Part shown: positions 1 to 9,677 of the stretch, piece after piece
Numbering within the stretch: the first letter of the stretch is position 1
How the letters are laid out: each line of letters begins with the position of its first letter
Assembly: GCA_023380635.1 (NCBI GenBank)
Contig: JAMCRP010000002.1
Location: forward strand, 42,458-106,457
Direction of reading: 5' to 3'
Origin: Patescibacteria group bacterium
Lineage (GTDB): Bacteria > Patescibacteriota > Microgenomatia > JAMCZE01
DNA length: 64,000 nucleotides
Program-made: the position numbers and the translations under genes
The notes under the pieces: generated by a model
What the model saw: the letters and a program-made list of their open reading frames with translations, nothing else
Told to the model about the DNA's origin: nothing
Database searches by the model: none

Positions 1-2
1 TC

Positions 3-1166
3 TACTTCTATCTTTTGTCTGTCTTGGGAATTGCCGGGCTGGCAGTCATACTTTGGTTGACGGTTAAAATATTAATCATCACCAAAAATCATTTGTTGAC
101 CACTGATTCTCCTGTTGAGAAGGGGATCCTAGCCAGTCTGCTAATCAGCTTAATTCTTTTTGCCTTCTTTCCGGCACCGGCCGTATTAATCGTCAATTTT
201 TTTGCCGTTTTGGGGCTGTTGGCAGCCAAAATCGGTCAAAAACAAGAGTTAACTCTGGCAGCCGGCCCGGCCAAATTTGCTCCGGCGGCAGTGGCCATAA
301 TTGTGGTTATCTTTACCGGTTGGCACTTGAGCCGGTTTGTTTTGGCGGATTACTACTTTGCTCAGAGTCTGGCGGCGGCGGCGAAGAATCAAGGGACTCA
401 GACATATAACGACCAGATTAAGGCCATAAATTTAAACCCGGCCAACGATATTTATCATTTGTCTTATTCCCAAACTAATCTAGCCTTGGCGGACAGCTTG
501 GCGGGACAGCCAAATTTAACGGATCAGCAAAAGCAGGCTGTCGTTCAGTTGGTCCAGCAGTCGATCCGGGAGGGGAGAGCGGCGGTTACCCTGGCGCCTA
601 ACCGGGCAGCTAACTGGGAAAACCTGGCAGCTATTTACCAGGGGATAATTAATTTTGCTCAGGGAGCGGACCAGTGGAGTTTAACCAGTCTGAACCAGGC
701 TATTGCCCTAGACCCAACTAATCCGCGCATCCGGTTAGATCTGGGGGGACTCTATTTTGCCGGCAAAGACTACGCGACGGCAGCTCAGGTTTTCAATCAG
801 GCTATCAGTTTGAAATCGGATTTAGCCAATGCTCACTACAACCTGGCTGAGTCTCTTAAAAGTTTAAACCTGAAAGACCAGGCGCTTAAAGAACTGCAAC
901 TAACCGCCGGGCTGGTTTGTTCCGCCGGTCAGAAATCGGGGGCCAATACTGATTGCGACAAGGTTAACCAGGAAATTTCTGATCTTAATGCTGATCTGGC
1001 CAAAAATACGGCGACGCCGTCAGCCACCACCACACAGGGAGCTGCGCTGAATCCTGCGGCTCAACCTAAGCTAGCGACCCAATCGGCTCAGGATAAAAAT
1101 CTCCAGAATACCAAAATTACGCCCCCGGTGAAAATTGCTACCCCGTCAGGCAATATCCAGCCATAG
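3..1166 (+). CDS. TPR-repeat membrane protein, 5'-partial (reading frame open to the window edge)
   Basis: The ORF frame has no stop back to position 3 (the listed start at 15 is TTG). The N-terminal half has several hydrophobic helices and the C-terminal half has TPR-like repeats (e.g. AHYNLAESLKSLNLKDQALKEL). Possibly the tail of a Wzy/O-antigen-ligase-like protein. Confidence 0.55.
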   Translation, partial: YFYLLSVLGIAGLAVILWLTVKILIITKNHLLTTDSPVEKGILASLLISLILFAFFPAPAVLIVNFFAVLGLLAAKIGQKQELTLAAGPAKFAPAAVAIIVVIFTGWHLSRFVLADYYFAQSLAAAAKNQGTQTYNDQIKAINLNPANDIYHLSYSQTNLALADSLAGQPNLTDQQKQAVVQLVQQSIREGRAAVTLAPNRAANWENLAAIYQGIINFAQGADQWSLTSLNQAIALDPTNPRIRLDLGGLYFAGKDYATAAQVFNQAISLKSDLANAHYNLAESLKSLNLKDQALKELQLTAGLVCSAGQKSGANTDCDKVNQEISDLNADLAKNTATPSATTTQGAALNPAAQPKLATQSAQDKNLQNTKITPPVKIATPSGNIQP

Positions 1167-1189
1167 TAAACAGCAATTCAGGTTCCACA

Positions 1190-1224
1190 AAAAAGAGACC
1201 TGTGTTTCAAGGTCTCCTTTTTTA
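1190..1224. terminator. bidirectional rho-independent terminator hairpin between convergent genes
   Basis: aaaaagagacc-tgtgtttca-aggtctcctttttt: an 8-bp GC-containing stem with an A-run upstream and a T-run downstream. It sits between the stop of the TPR gene (1166) and the stop of the minus-strand zinc-ribbon gene (1237). Confidence 0.7.
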
Positions 1225-1236
1225 CGAAGGCCCGTT

Positions 1237-1566
1237 TTATTGGGCTTTCATCTGCTTAAAGCAATTGTTGCAGTAAATCGGTTTAACGGGTTCGCCGTTT
1301 TCGTTCAGTCTTGGCTGAAACGGAACCTGGCAATCCTGTCCGCAGTTGCTGCATTTTGCGGCGTACATCTGGCGCGGGCCAGCGTTGTAACCACCGCGGA
1401 AATTGCCGCCGCCCATCTGGGCTTTCTTGGCGGCGCGGCAGGCCGGGCAACGCACAGGGGCGTTAGCAAAGCCTTTTTCGGCGTAAAACTTCTGTTCAGA
1501 AGCTGTCCACACGAAAGAATTGCCGCAGTCGCGACAGGTTAGGGTTTGATCTTGGAAATTATCCAT
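1237..1566 (-). CDS. tandem zinc-ribbon (CxxC...CxxC) domain protein
   Basis: Two CxxC...CxxC units (CRDCGNSF...CPACR and CSNCGQDC...CNNCF) with FxW/EQKFY-type motifs typical of small duplicated zinc-ribbon proteins. Confidence 0.6.
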   Translation of the reverse strand: MDNFQDQTLTCRDCGNSFVWTASEQKFYAEKGFANAPVRCPACRAAKKAQMGGGNFRGGYNAGPRQMYAAKCSNCGQDCQVPFQPRLNENGEPVKPIYCNNCFKQMKAQ

Positions 1567-1593
1567 TTAGAGTTTCACCACCTTCCGTTGTTG

Positions 1594-1627
1594 ATTCCAG
1601 TGGTCTCAATCGCGCCTCCACTGGAAT
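1594..1627. promoter_or_regulatory. inverted repeat in the divergent leuS / zinc-ribbon promoter region (operator candidate)
   Basis: attccagtgg(1594-1603) ... ccactggaat(1618-1627) form perfect 10-bp arms with a 14-bp spacer; the flanks extend the palindrome (gaattcc). Confidence 0.35.
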
Positions 1628-1694
1628 TCCAGGAATAGGTCGAAAACGAGGACTGGTAGGTTAATTATGGCATAGAATATAATAGAATGCAAAC

Positions 1695-4319
1695 ATGACT
1701 AAATACGACCCGGCAAAAATTGAAGGGAAATGGCGGGAAGAGTGGGAAAAGACAGGTTTGTATCAGGCAATTGATTTTGATAAAAAGCCCAAATACTACG
1801 CTTTAACCGAATTTCCGTATCCTTCCGGCGAGGGCTTGCACATGGGCCATGTCTTTAGTTATGGCACCCCGGATATCTTTGCCCGCAAGAAGCGGATGGA
1901 AAGGTTTAATGTTCTTTTTCCGATCGGTTGGGATGCCTTTGGATTACCGACGGAAAACTACGCTGTCAAAACCGGGATTCAGCCGGTAGTCGTCACCAAA
2001 AATAACACTGATCGCTTCCGAGAGCAGATGAAATCGCTGGGTCTGTCCTTTGATTGGAGCCGGGAAATTAACACTACCGACCCCAACTATTATAAATGGA
2101 CCCAGTGGATTTTTACTCAGCTGTTTAAAAACGGTCTGGCCTACAAAAGCGAGACGCCGGTGGGGTGGTGCCCGTCATGCAAGATTATTCTGGCCAACGA
2201 GGAAATCGTTAACGGCAAGTGCGAGCGCTGCGGAACTGTTGCTCAGCAGCGAAAGCAGAGTCAATGGGTCCTGCGCATCACCTCCTACGCGGACAGGCTG
2301 GACAAGGAACTGGATCTGGTGGATTACCCGGACATGGTCAAAGCTTCCCAGCGCAACTGGATCGGGAGAAAAGAAGGTGCCAAGATAAGCTTTAAGATAC
2401 AAGATACAAGAAACAAGACACACGAGATAATGATCTTCACCACGCGGCCGGACACCATCTATGGCGCGACTTTTATTGTCTTGGCCCCCGAGCATCCTTT
2501 GGCCATTGAGCTCGCGAAAACCGATCAGAAGATCGCAGACTATATCAAAACGGTTAATCGGGAAGAAGTTAGTCTGGTAAAAACAGGGGTAGAAACAGAA
2601 CTAAAAGCCGTTAATCCGGCCAGCGATAAAGAAATTCCCGTTTGGGTTTCGGACTATGTTTTGGCCGAAGCGGGCACCGGAGCGATCATGGGAGTGCCGG
2701 CTCATGACGAGCGGGACTACGAGTTTGCCGGGAAATTTAATTTACCGATAATCAGGGTTGTAACTGGTCCGGATGGAAGTAACGCTCCAATTAACCAAGT
2801 GTCTGAGGTTTTCACGGGAACCGGGGAGATGATTAATTCAGATGATTATAACGGGCTGGAATCTCCTGTCGCTTTTGAGAAAATTGTGGAAGACTTAAAA
2901 AAGCGCGGTCTGGCGACATTTTCAACCACTTATCATTTGCGTGACTGGATTTTTTCCCGGCAGCATTACTGGGGAGAACCTATCCCCATGGTTTATTGCG
3001 AGAAATGCGCCAAGGGAGGAATTTCCTGGTGGGACACAAAGGAAGGTAAGGCCTTTAAGCCTCTGTTTAACCCTCTCGAGCCGGAGCATTTTGATAGCAG
3101 GGGGGTGCTGGTTAATTTGGCCGGCTGGTTCCCGGTCCCGGAGTCCAAACTGCCGGTGACGCTTCCGGAAGTGGAATACTATCAGCCCACGGATACCGGC
3201 GAATCTCCTCTGGCAAAGATCAAGAATTGGGTTGAAGTAGCTTGCCCTGAGTGTGGAGGACCTGCACGAAGGGAGACGGACACCATGCCCAACTGGGCCG
3301 GTTCCAGCTGGTATTATTTGCGCTTTTCCGACCCGACTGCTAAGACGGAATTGGCTGATCCGAAGAAGCTGAATTATTGGCAGCCGGTCGATGTTTATTT
3401 TGGTGGAGCAGAGCACAATACCTTACACTTGCTGTATTCCCGGTTCTGGCACAAATTTCTTAATGACCTAGGGAGAGTTCCGGGAAAAGAACCCTACAAA
3501 GCTCGCCGCCAGCATGGGCTTATCCTGGCCGAGGATGGAACGAAGATGAGTAAATCCAAAGGAAATGTGATCAATCCCGATCAAATGGTTTCAAAGTATG
3601 GCGCAGATGCGGTGCGCACCTTTCTGTCTTTTGTCGGACCCTACGACCAAACCTTGCCCTGGAGCACGGCCGGGGTCGAAGGTGTCCGGCGCTTCCTGAA
3701 TAGGGTCTGGACCATCTATCAAAACGACCAAAAGATTGCTAATTCGAGCTCACCGGAACTTATTGCCAAACTTAACTGGGCGATTAAGCGGACAGGCGAG
3801 GGGATTGATAACCTGAAGCAGAATACGGGAGTAGCGGCCTTGATGGAGTTTCTTAATCTTTGGGAAAAGACAGGAGCTTTAAGCCGAGAGGACGCCGGGA
3901 AATTCCTGCGGCTCCTGGCTCCTTTCGCTCCGTTTTTGGCGGAAGAGCTCTGGCAAAGATATGTTGCGGGTCCTGTCCCGCTTTATCCCTCCCGCCAGTG
4001 CTCGCCCGAAGAGCTGCGCGCTGTCGGGAGCCCTTCCAAGCGTGCCACCCGCATAAAGAAAATAAAATCTATACATCTCGAGCCTTGGCCTGAGGTCGAA
4101 GAAGGCGGCCTAGAGGAAAAAGAAGCGACGATCGCCATCTCAATTAACGGCAAAACCCGGGCAACTTTGCAAATTAGCGCTCCACAGGCTCAAGCGTTAG
4201 ATGAAGCACGGGTTGTCGCCATGGCCAAATCGGTCGAAAAGATCGCAGAATACCTAAAAGGTAAGAGCATTAAGAGGACCGTGTATGTCCCCGGCAAAAT
4301 TTTAAACTTCGTCGTCTAA
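1695..4319 (+). CDS. leuS: leucyl-tRNA synthetase
   Basis: Class I HIGH motif (HMGH) and KMSKS are present, with collinear LeuS architecture and an editing-domain region. Residues ~757-795 (YVAGPVPLYPSRQCSPEELRAVGSPSKRATRIKKIK) are an extra segment between the conserved EELWQR and SIHLEPWPEV blocks. Confidence 0.95.
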   Translation: MTKYDPAKIEGKWREEWEKTGLYQAIDFDKKPKYYALTEFPYPSGEGLHMGHVFSYGTPDIFARKKRMERFNVLFPIGWDAFGLPTENYAVKTGIQPVVVTKNNTDRFREQMKSLGLSFDWSREINTTDPNYYKWTQWIFTQLFKNGLAYKSETPVGWCPSCKIILANEEIVNGKCERCGTVAQQRKQSQWVLRITSYADRLDKELDLVDYPDMVKASQRNWIGRKEGAKISFKIQDTRNKTHEIMIFTTRPDTIYGATFIVLAPEHPLAIELAKTDQKIADYIKTVNREEVSLVKTGVETELKAVNPASDKEIPVWVSDYVLAEAGTGAIMGVPAHDERDYEFAGKFNLPIIRVVTGPDGSNAPINQVSEVFTGTGEMINSDDYNGLESPVAFEKIVEDLKKRGLATFSTTYHLRDWIFSRQHYWGEPIPMVYCEKCAKGGISWWDTKEGKAFKPLFNPLEPEHFDSRGVLVNLAGWFPVPESKLPVTLPEVEYYQPTDTGESPLAKIKNWVEVACPECGGPARRETDTMPNWAGSSWYYLRFSDPTAKTELADPKKLNYWQPVDVYFGGAEHNTLHLLYSRFWHKFLNDLGRVPGKEPYKARRQHGLILAEDGTKMSKSKGNVINPDQMVSKYGADAVRTFLSFVGPYDQTLPWSTAGVEGVRRFLNRVWTIYQNDQKIANSSSPELIAKLNWAIKRTGEGIDNLKQNTGVAALMEFLNLWEKTGALSREDAGKFLRLLAPFAPFLAEELWQRYVAGPVPLYPSRQCSPEELRAVGSPSKRATRIKKIKSIHLEPWPEVEEGGLEEKEATIAISINGKTRATLQISAPQAQALDEARVVAMAKSVEKIAEYLKGKSIKRTVYVPGKILNFVV

Positions 4320-4705
4320 AGTCGGAGTTACCTCGGAGTAATTACTATCACCAAAAGCGTCTGAGCAGGAATAATCACATTTAGCGACGCCAGGCAGGAA
4401 TAGAGATCCGCGAAAAGAGGTCCCGAGAAGCCTGAGCAAAACCAATCAAAATGCATCAATAGTTAGCTTCACGGATGGTTTCACAAAATAGAGCGGAGTA
4501 GGCAGGGAATTTTTCACGGATAGCGGGATAGAACATGGGGCATAGTACTATTATGGTGCGCCGAATGGTGCGAAAACCCAAGCAATTAACGCAAAGTAAT
4601 CGAGCGTATTTCCGCAAGATTACTGATGGCGAAAACAGGGCGAATAACCCTATCCAACCAGAACAATACCGATCAACGAAAGATTTTTAGGTCGGAGAGA
4701 TAAAA

Positions 4706-5962
4706 GTGTGCTACATTAGTCTTATGACCCGTTTTTATTTCCTGCTTTTGGGTCTTCTCCTTTTGCGGCTGGGTCTGTTCTTTACAGTTACGAGGTCACA
4801 GCAGACTTTACCGGTAGGAACCAAAGTCAGGCTTATAGGAATGCTGGAAGCCGAGCCGAAGGTGTCGGGGAGCCAGGCTAAGTATAGTCTCGGTGGTTAC
4901 ACAATCTTGACAGCGAAGGAGCCGGAAGTGCATTTCGGCGACCAGGTTGAACTTATCGGCAAAGTTGGCAACCAGGGCAGACTTTATTATCCGGAGGTCA
5001 AAATAGTTACTCCCGGCGCGACCGGTTTTTGGTGGAAGATAGCCGCTCAGATCCGTTCAAAAGTCATCAGAATATATCAACAAACCATGCCAAAAGCGGA
5101 AGCAGACCTGTTATCCGGCATTGTCCTGGGCAGTCAGTCACTGGACCGCAGCTTTAAGGCCAAACTGGCTCTGGTCGGGTTAACCCATGTGGTTGCTGCC
5201 TCAGGAATGAATGTCAGCTTCTTTTCGGTTGCCGTTTCCGGCCTGCTAAGCGGGATTTGTCCGGGAAAGAAGCTTAAGTTTCTACTTTCAGAGGTCTTTA
5301 TTCTTTTTTATACCACAATGACCGGGTTTGAACCGCCGATAGTGCGCGCGGCGCTTATGGCCGCCTTTTCTCATGTTCAGATTTTGACCGGGCGGAGTTC
5401 GAGCTCATTTGCCGGTTTGGGCGTAGCCGCCTTTCTAATGTTATGGGCCAGCCCGGATCTGGTTGTCAATCCGAGTTTTTTGCTCTCATTTTCCGCCATG
5501 ACGGGCCAGATTTGCCTTAGCAGCCTCAGGCTCAACCTGCCAAAAATTGCCGCTTCAATTACATCTGTAATTCTCCAGAGTTTAGCGGCCCTGGTGGCTA
5601 CTTTCCCTATAGTTTTAATCTTTTTTGCCAATTTTTCACTGATCGCTCTTTTCACAAACGCCGTGGTGCTTTGGACAATTGAGCCGCTAATGGTCCTCGG
5701 AACTGCCATTGCCACGCTCGGAATTTTTTTCATGCCGATTTCACAAGCGTTAGGCGTGCCTGCCCAGGGTCTGCTGGATTTTTTCCTTTGGGTCGTCAAC
5801 ACTTTCGGTCAGTCAGACCTGACCCAGCGGCTGCAGATAAGTTACACCTTCCAAGATAATCTCTCCGCCTTCTTCTTTGCCGCTGGATATTATACTTTAC
5901 TCGTAGGGGGTATTTGGTTCTGGCGCCAGAGAAGGGTACTCACTATAATAAAAATGAAATGA
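4706..5962 (+). CDS. comEC: ComEC/Rec2-like DNA-internalisation channel protein (competence domain only; no C-terminal metallo-beta-lactamase domain)
   Basis: Polytopic membrane protein with the ComEC competence-domain signature LLSGIVLGSQSLDRSFKAKLALVGLTHVVAASGMNVSF. The stop TGA (5960-5962) overlaps the argS start. Confidence 0.6.
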   Translation: MCYISLMTRFYFLLLGLLLLRLGLFFTVTRSQQTLPVGTKVRLIGMLEAEPKVSGSQAKYSLGGYTILTAKEPEVHFGDQVELIGKVGNQGRLYYPEVKIVTPGATGFWWKIAAQIRSKVIRIYQQTMPKAEADLLSGIVLGSQSLDRSFKAKLALVGLTHVVAASGMNVSFFSVAVSGLLSGICPGKKLKFLLSEVFILFYTTMTGFEPPIVRAALMAAFSHVQILTGRSSSSFAGLGVAAFLMLWASPDLVVNPSFLLSFSAMTGQICLSSLRLNLPKIAASITSVILQSLAALVATFPIVLIFFANFSLIALFTNAVVLWTIEPLMVLGTAIATLGIFFMPISQALGVPAQGLLDFFLWVVNTFGQSDLTQRLQISYTFQDNLSAFFFAAGYYTLLVGGIWFWRQRRVLTIIKMK

Positions 5963-7650
5963 TTACTCTCGACATAAGAAAAAAGATCCTTCAAGCTGCT
6001 AAGCAAGCATTTCCCCAAACAGAGATTAATGAGGAAGATATTAATCTCGAACATCCGGGACTGGATGAACATGGGGACTACAGCACCAATATTGCCCTGA
6101 GGCTGGGTAAGCAAGTCGGCATGAAACCGGTGGAAGTGGCAAAAAGAATTGTCCAGACCTTGTCAGACGCTGACAGGCTCTGGCAGAAAGTGGAGATTGC
6201 CGGGCCGGGATTTATTAACTTCACTCTATCTACCGCTACTCTTGTCGATCAAATGGAACAAGCGCTAAAGGGCGGCGAGCGCTACGGGAGTTCAGAGCAT
6301 GGGCAGGGGCTAACCATGGTAATAGACTATTCCGCTCCTAACATTGCCAAGCGGTTTGGGATCGGCCATCTGCGCTCTACAATCATTGGCCATGCCCTCT
6401 ATAACCTCTACCAATTCCAGGGCTACAAAACCATCGGCGACAACCATCTGGGCGACTGGGGGACACAGTTTGGCAAGATTTTATACATGATTGAAACGGA
6501 GAAGCCGAAAGAGCTAACAGTGGATAAACTAGAAGAACTGTATGTTAAGTTCCATCAACTAGCGGAAGCTGATCCGAAGCTGGAAGAAAAAGGGCGCGAG
6601 TGGTTTAAAAAGTTGGAAGATGGAGAGCCGAAGGCCAGAGAGTTATGGAAAAAATGCGTCGAAGTTTCCATGGCGGAATTTAACCGGATTTATGCTCTGC
6701 TCGGCGTCAAAATTGACTATGCCTACGGCGAAAGCTTTTACGAAAAAGAGATGCCGGGAGTCATTGCTGACGCCAAGGCTAAAGGATTGGCCAAACAAAG
6801 CGACGGGGCTACTATAATCGAAATTCCCGGACTGAAGGCGCCGTTGCTTCTGGTGAAAAGCGACGGAACCACTACCTACGCTACCAGAGACCTGGCGACC
6901 CTAAAATTCCGCAAAGAGACCTGGAACCCGGACCTAGTGATTTATGAAGTTGGGGCCGAGCAGGCGCTCCATTTTCAGCAGGTCTTTGTCGCGGCAAAAA
7001 TGTTGGGCTACCTTAAACCCGGTGAAGAGCTGAGGCACACCAAACACGGCTTGTACCGGTTGCCTTCCGGAAAATTTAGTACCCGCAAAGGCAACACTCC
7101 CAAGCTCGAAGAAATTTTAGACGAAGCGATCGACCGGGCGAAAAAACTGGGCAGCCAGGATCAAAAAACGGCCGAAGCCGTCGGTATCGGAGCAATAAAG
7201 TATTTTGACCTGATGCATAGTGTCCAAAGTGATATTATTTTTGATTGGGAAAAAATGTTTAATCTGCAAGGCGACTCGGGGCCATACCTTCAATACTCCT
7301 ACGCACGGGCAAGAAGCGTGCTGCGCAAAGCCGGACTACAGACTACGGACTACCGACTACAGAAAAATAATAAAACTGTAGACAGTAGTCAGTGGTCAGT
7401 AGTCAATGAAGAGCTGGCTGTTTTGCGCTACCTTTATCGTTTTCCCGAGGTGGTGGAGGCGGCGGCGCGAAGCTACAGTCCGAACCTGGTGGCCGGGTAT
7501 CTGTTTGAACTGGCCAAGCGCTACAATAATTTTTACAACAGCCAACCAATAATTGGTAATGACTTCAGGCTAGCCTTGACCGCGGCCACCGCCATTGTCC
7601 TCAAAAACGGCCTGAATTTATTGGGGATCGAGGTGCTTGACAAAATGTAA
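5959..7650 (+). CDS. argS: arginyl-tRNA synthetase
   Basis: DYSAPNIAKRFGIGHLRSTIIGHALYNLY (class I HIGH region of ArgS), with an anticodon-binding C-terminus. The proposed start ATG at 5959 (MITLDIRKK) forms an ATGA overlap with the comEC stop; the longest ORF starts at 5914. It contains an extra low-complexity segment (RLQKNNKTVDSSQWSVVN) encoded by an imperfect inverted repeat. Confidence 0.93.
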   Translation: MITLDIRKKILQAAKQAFPQTEINEEDINLEHPGLDEHGDYSTNIALRLGKQVGMKPVEVAKRIVQTLSDADRLWQKVEIAGPGFINFTLSTATLVDQMEQALKGGERYGSSEHGQGLTMVIDYSAPNIAKRFGIGHLRSTIIGHALYNLYQFQGYKTIGDNHLGDWGTQFGKILYMIETEKPKELTVDKLEELYVKFHQLAEADPKLEEKGREWFKKLEDGEPKARELWKKCVEVSMAEFNRIYALLGVKIDYAYGESFYEKEMPGVIADAKAKGLAKQSDGATIIEIPGLKAPLLLVKSDGTTTYATRDLATLKFRKETWNPDLVIYEVGAEQALHFQQVFVAAKMLGYLKPGEELRHTKHGLYRLPSGKFSTRKGNTPKLEEILDEAIDRAKKLGSQDQKTAEAVGIGAIKYFDLMHSVQSDIIFDWEKMFNLQGDSGPYLQYSYARARSVLRKAGLQTTDYRLQKNNKTVDSSQWSVVNEELAVLRYLYRFPEVVEAAARSYSPNLVAGYLFELAKRYNNFYNSQPIIGNDFRLALTAATAIVLKNGLNLLGIEVLDKM

Positions 7651-7675
7651 ATATAAGCCCTAATATTTAAGGCGT

Positions 7676-8002
7676 ATGAATGAACCAAAGGCTGATTCCA
7701 ACTTGAAACCCGGTGAACATCCCTTGCCTGACCTTAAAGCGGAATATCTGAGGATGACCAGAAAACAGACCGGGAGTGAGCCTTGGACGGAGGATGATGC
7801 CAAGTATCTTAATAATTTGAGAGCGGCGATGGAAACACCAACGGCCACTAGTCTTACCCCCCAAGAGCAGAGTGCGCTGAACCGACAAGGGGGAGCTTCC
7901 TTGGACAAGAATGTGGTCTGGAGTAAGGAAGATTTAGCGGCTGCGGGCCGGGCACACGATAAGCTAAACCAAGAGAAAAAAATAAGCCTCAAAGCTTCTT
8001 AG
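7676..8002 (+). CDS. hypothetical protein
   Basis: 108-aa ORF in a gene-dense co-directional context; charged, no recognisable motif. Confidence 0.4.
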   Translation: MNEPKADSNLKPGEHPLPDLKAEYLRMTRKQTGSEPWTEDDAKYLNNLRAAMETPTATSLTPQEQSALNRQGGASLDKNVVWSKEDLAAAGRAHDKLNQEKKISLKAS

Positions 8003-8040
8003 TCTTGACATACGAGCCTATAGTCTGCTAAGATACTGGT

Positions 8041-8346
8041 ATGAATTCTTTCAAAAATCACGAACTAATTCGTCTCTATCCTGACGCAATTTCAGTCCGG
8101 AAGGTTTCCGGTTTAAAAATGTTTTTTCGGGAACACCGGGAAGCAATTGGAAATACGGCGTTGGCAGGTTGCTTAATCTTAGGCTTCCTGGCCGGAGAAG
8201 GAATGTTGCATGTGAGTGTCGAAAACAACGCCCTTTTAACCGGTTTTCCGGAACTTAAGACACTGGCGCCGATTGTTCTTGGCTTAATGGCAGGAGCATT
8301 TACCGGCGGATCGATCCGTCAGGCTATTATTAAAAAAGATTCTTAA
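8041..8346 (+). CDS. hypothetical small membrane protein
   Basis: 101 aa with two hydrophobic helices (LAGCLILGFLAGEG, LAPIVLGLMAGAFTGG). Confidence 0.4.
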   Translation: MNSFKNHELIRLYPDAISVRKVSGLKMFFREHREAIGNTALAGCLILGFLAGEGMLHVSVENNALLTGFPELKTLAPIVLGLMAGAFTGGSIRQAIIKKDS

Positions 8347-8415
8347 AAGTAATAACTGCGTAACAACTTCGTTATCAGGATTGTAATTCTCATAAATGGC
8401 CGTTAAAATGGCGGC

Positions 8416-9675
8416 ATGTACTCCAAAACGGTACTTCCGACGGGACTTCGCTTAGTCTCTATTCCCATGCCCGCGGTCAAAACGGCCACGGCTTTAATTA
8501 TGGTCGAAGCCGGGAGCCGCTACGAAACGGCCCGAATCAACGGCATTTCCCATTTTCTGGAACACATGATTTTTAAGGGGACGAAAAACCGGCCCAACTC
8601 TTTGGCTATTAGCTCTCTGATTGACGGCATCGGCGGTTCGTTTAATGCTTTCACTTCCAAGGAATACACCGGTTTTTATGTGAAGGCGGAAAGCGCCCAT
8701 CTGCCGCTGGTTCTTGATGTCCTGTCAGATATGCTCCTGAACTCTTTATATAATCCTGAAGAACTGAACCGGGAACGGGGTGTCATTATTGAAGAAATAA
8801 ACATGTACGAAGACCAGCCCCAGGCTCGGGTCGGGGAATATTTTGAGGAGTTGCTTTATGACAACCATCCGCTGGCCCGCCAGGTGGTCGGAACCAAGGA
8901 AGTTATCGAAAAAGTGAGCCGGCAAGACATGGTGGATTATGTCAAAAAGATGTACCACAGCAAGGCGATTGTTGTGGGACTGGCAGGAGATATTGCTTCA
9001 AGTTCCAAACTGGCAGAGAAGTACTTTGACAATGTCCCGAAAGGAAATGAGAACGAATACCTGGCCGTGGAAGAAAACCAGACGAAGCCGGGCAGTCTAG
9101 TACATTACAAAAAAACTGACCAGGCGCATATGTGCGTGGGAGTGCGCGCATACGACATGAACCACCCGGACCGGTATGTGGTCGAAGTGCTGGCGACAAT
9201 TTTAGGCGGAAACATGAGCAGCCGAATGTTTATTGAAGTCCGGGAAAAACGAGGTTTGGCCTATTATGTCCACACGGATAACGAAGAATTTCATGATGCC
9301 GGGTACCTTATGACCCAGGCGGGAATCAGATTAAACAATGTCGACGAGGCGGTAAAAGTGATACTGGAGCAATATGGGAAGATCAGGGACATTAAAGTTA
9401 AAGAAGAAGAATTAAAAAGGGCGAAAGACTACGCGAAAGGCAAAATGGCTCTGGCTTTGGAGGATTCCTTCCGGGTGGCCAGCTTCTATACTTCCCAGGA
9501 ACTCCTGCGCAAGGAAATTGAAACGCCGGAAGAGGTTTTAAAAAAGATCGAAGCGGTGACGGCAGAAGACATTCAAAGGGTCGCAAAAGATATCTTTGTG
9601 AATCAAAAACTGAACCTGGCTATAATTGGACCTTTTGAAGACTCCAAACGCTTCGATTTGCTCTTGAAACTCTAA
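8416..9675 (+). CDS. M16-family (pitrilysin/insulinase-like) zinc peptidase
   Basis: Inverted zinc-binding motif HFLEHMIFKGT (HxxEH) near the N-terminus; ~420-aa two-domain M16 layout. Confidence 0.85.
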   Translation: MYSKTVLPTGLRLVSIPMPAVKTATALIMVEAGSRYETARINGISHFLEHMIFKGTKNRPNSLAISSLIDGIGGSFNAFTSKEYTGFYVKAESAHLPLVLDVLSDMLLNSLYNPEELNRERGVIIEEINMYEDQPQARVGEYFEELLYDNHPLARQVVGTKEVIEKVSRQDMVDYVKKMYHSKAIVVGLAGDIASSSKLAEKYFDNVPKGNENEYLAVEENQTKPGSLVHYKKTDQAHMCVGVRAYDMNHPDRYVVEVLATILGGNMSSRMFIEVREKRGLAYYVHTDNEEFHDAGYLMTQAGIRLNNVDEAVKVILEQYGKIRDIKVKEEELKRAKDYAKGKMALALEDSFRVASFYTSQELLRKEIETPEEVLKKIEAVTAEDIQRVAKDIFVNQKLNLAIIGPFEDSKRFDLLLKL

Positions 9676-9677
9676 CT

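Noticed and set aside
1135-1542. 135-codon plus-strand ORF overlapping the zinc-ribbon gene
   Set aside because: Antisense to an ORF with a clear tandem CxxC zinc-ribbon signature; Arg/Ala-rich composition typical of a GC-rich antisense frame.
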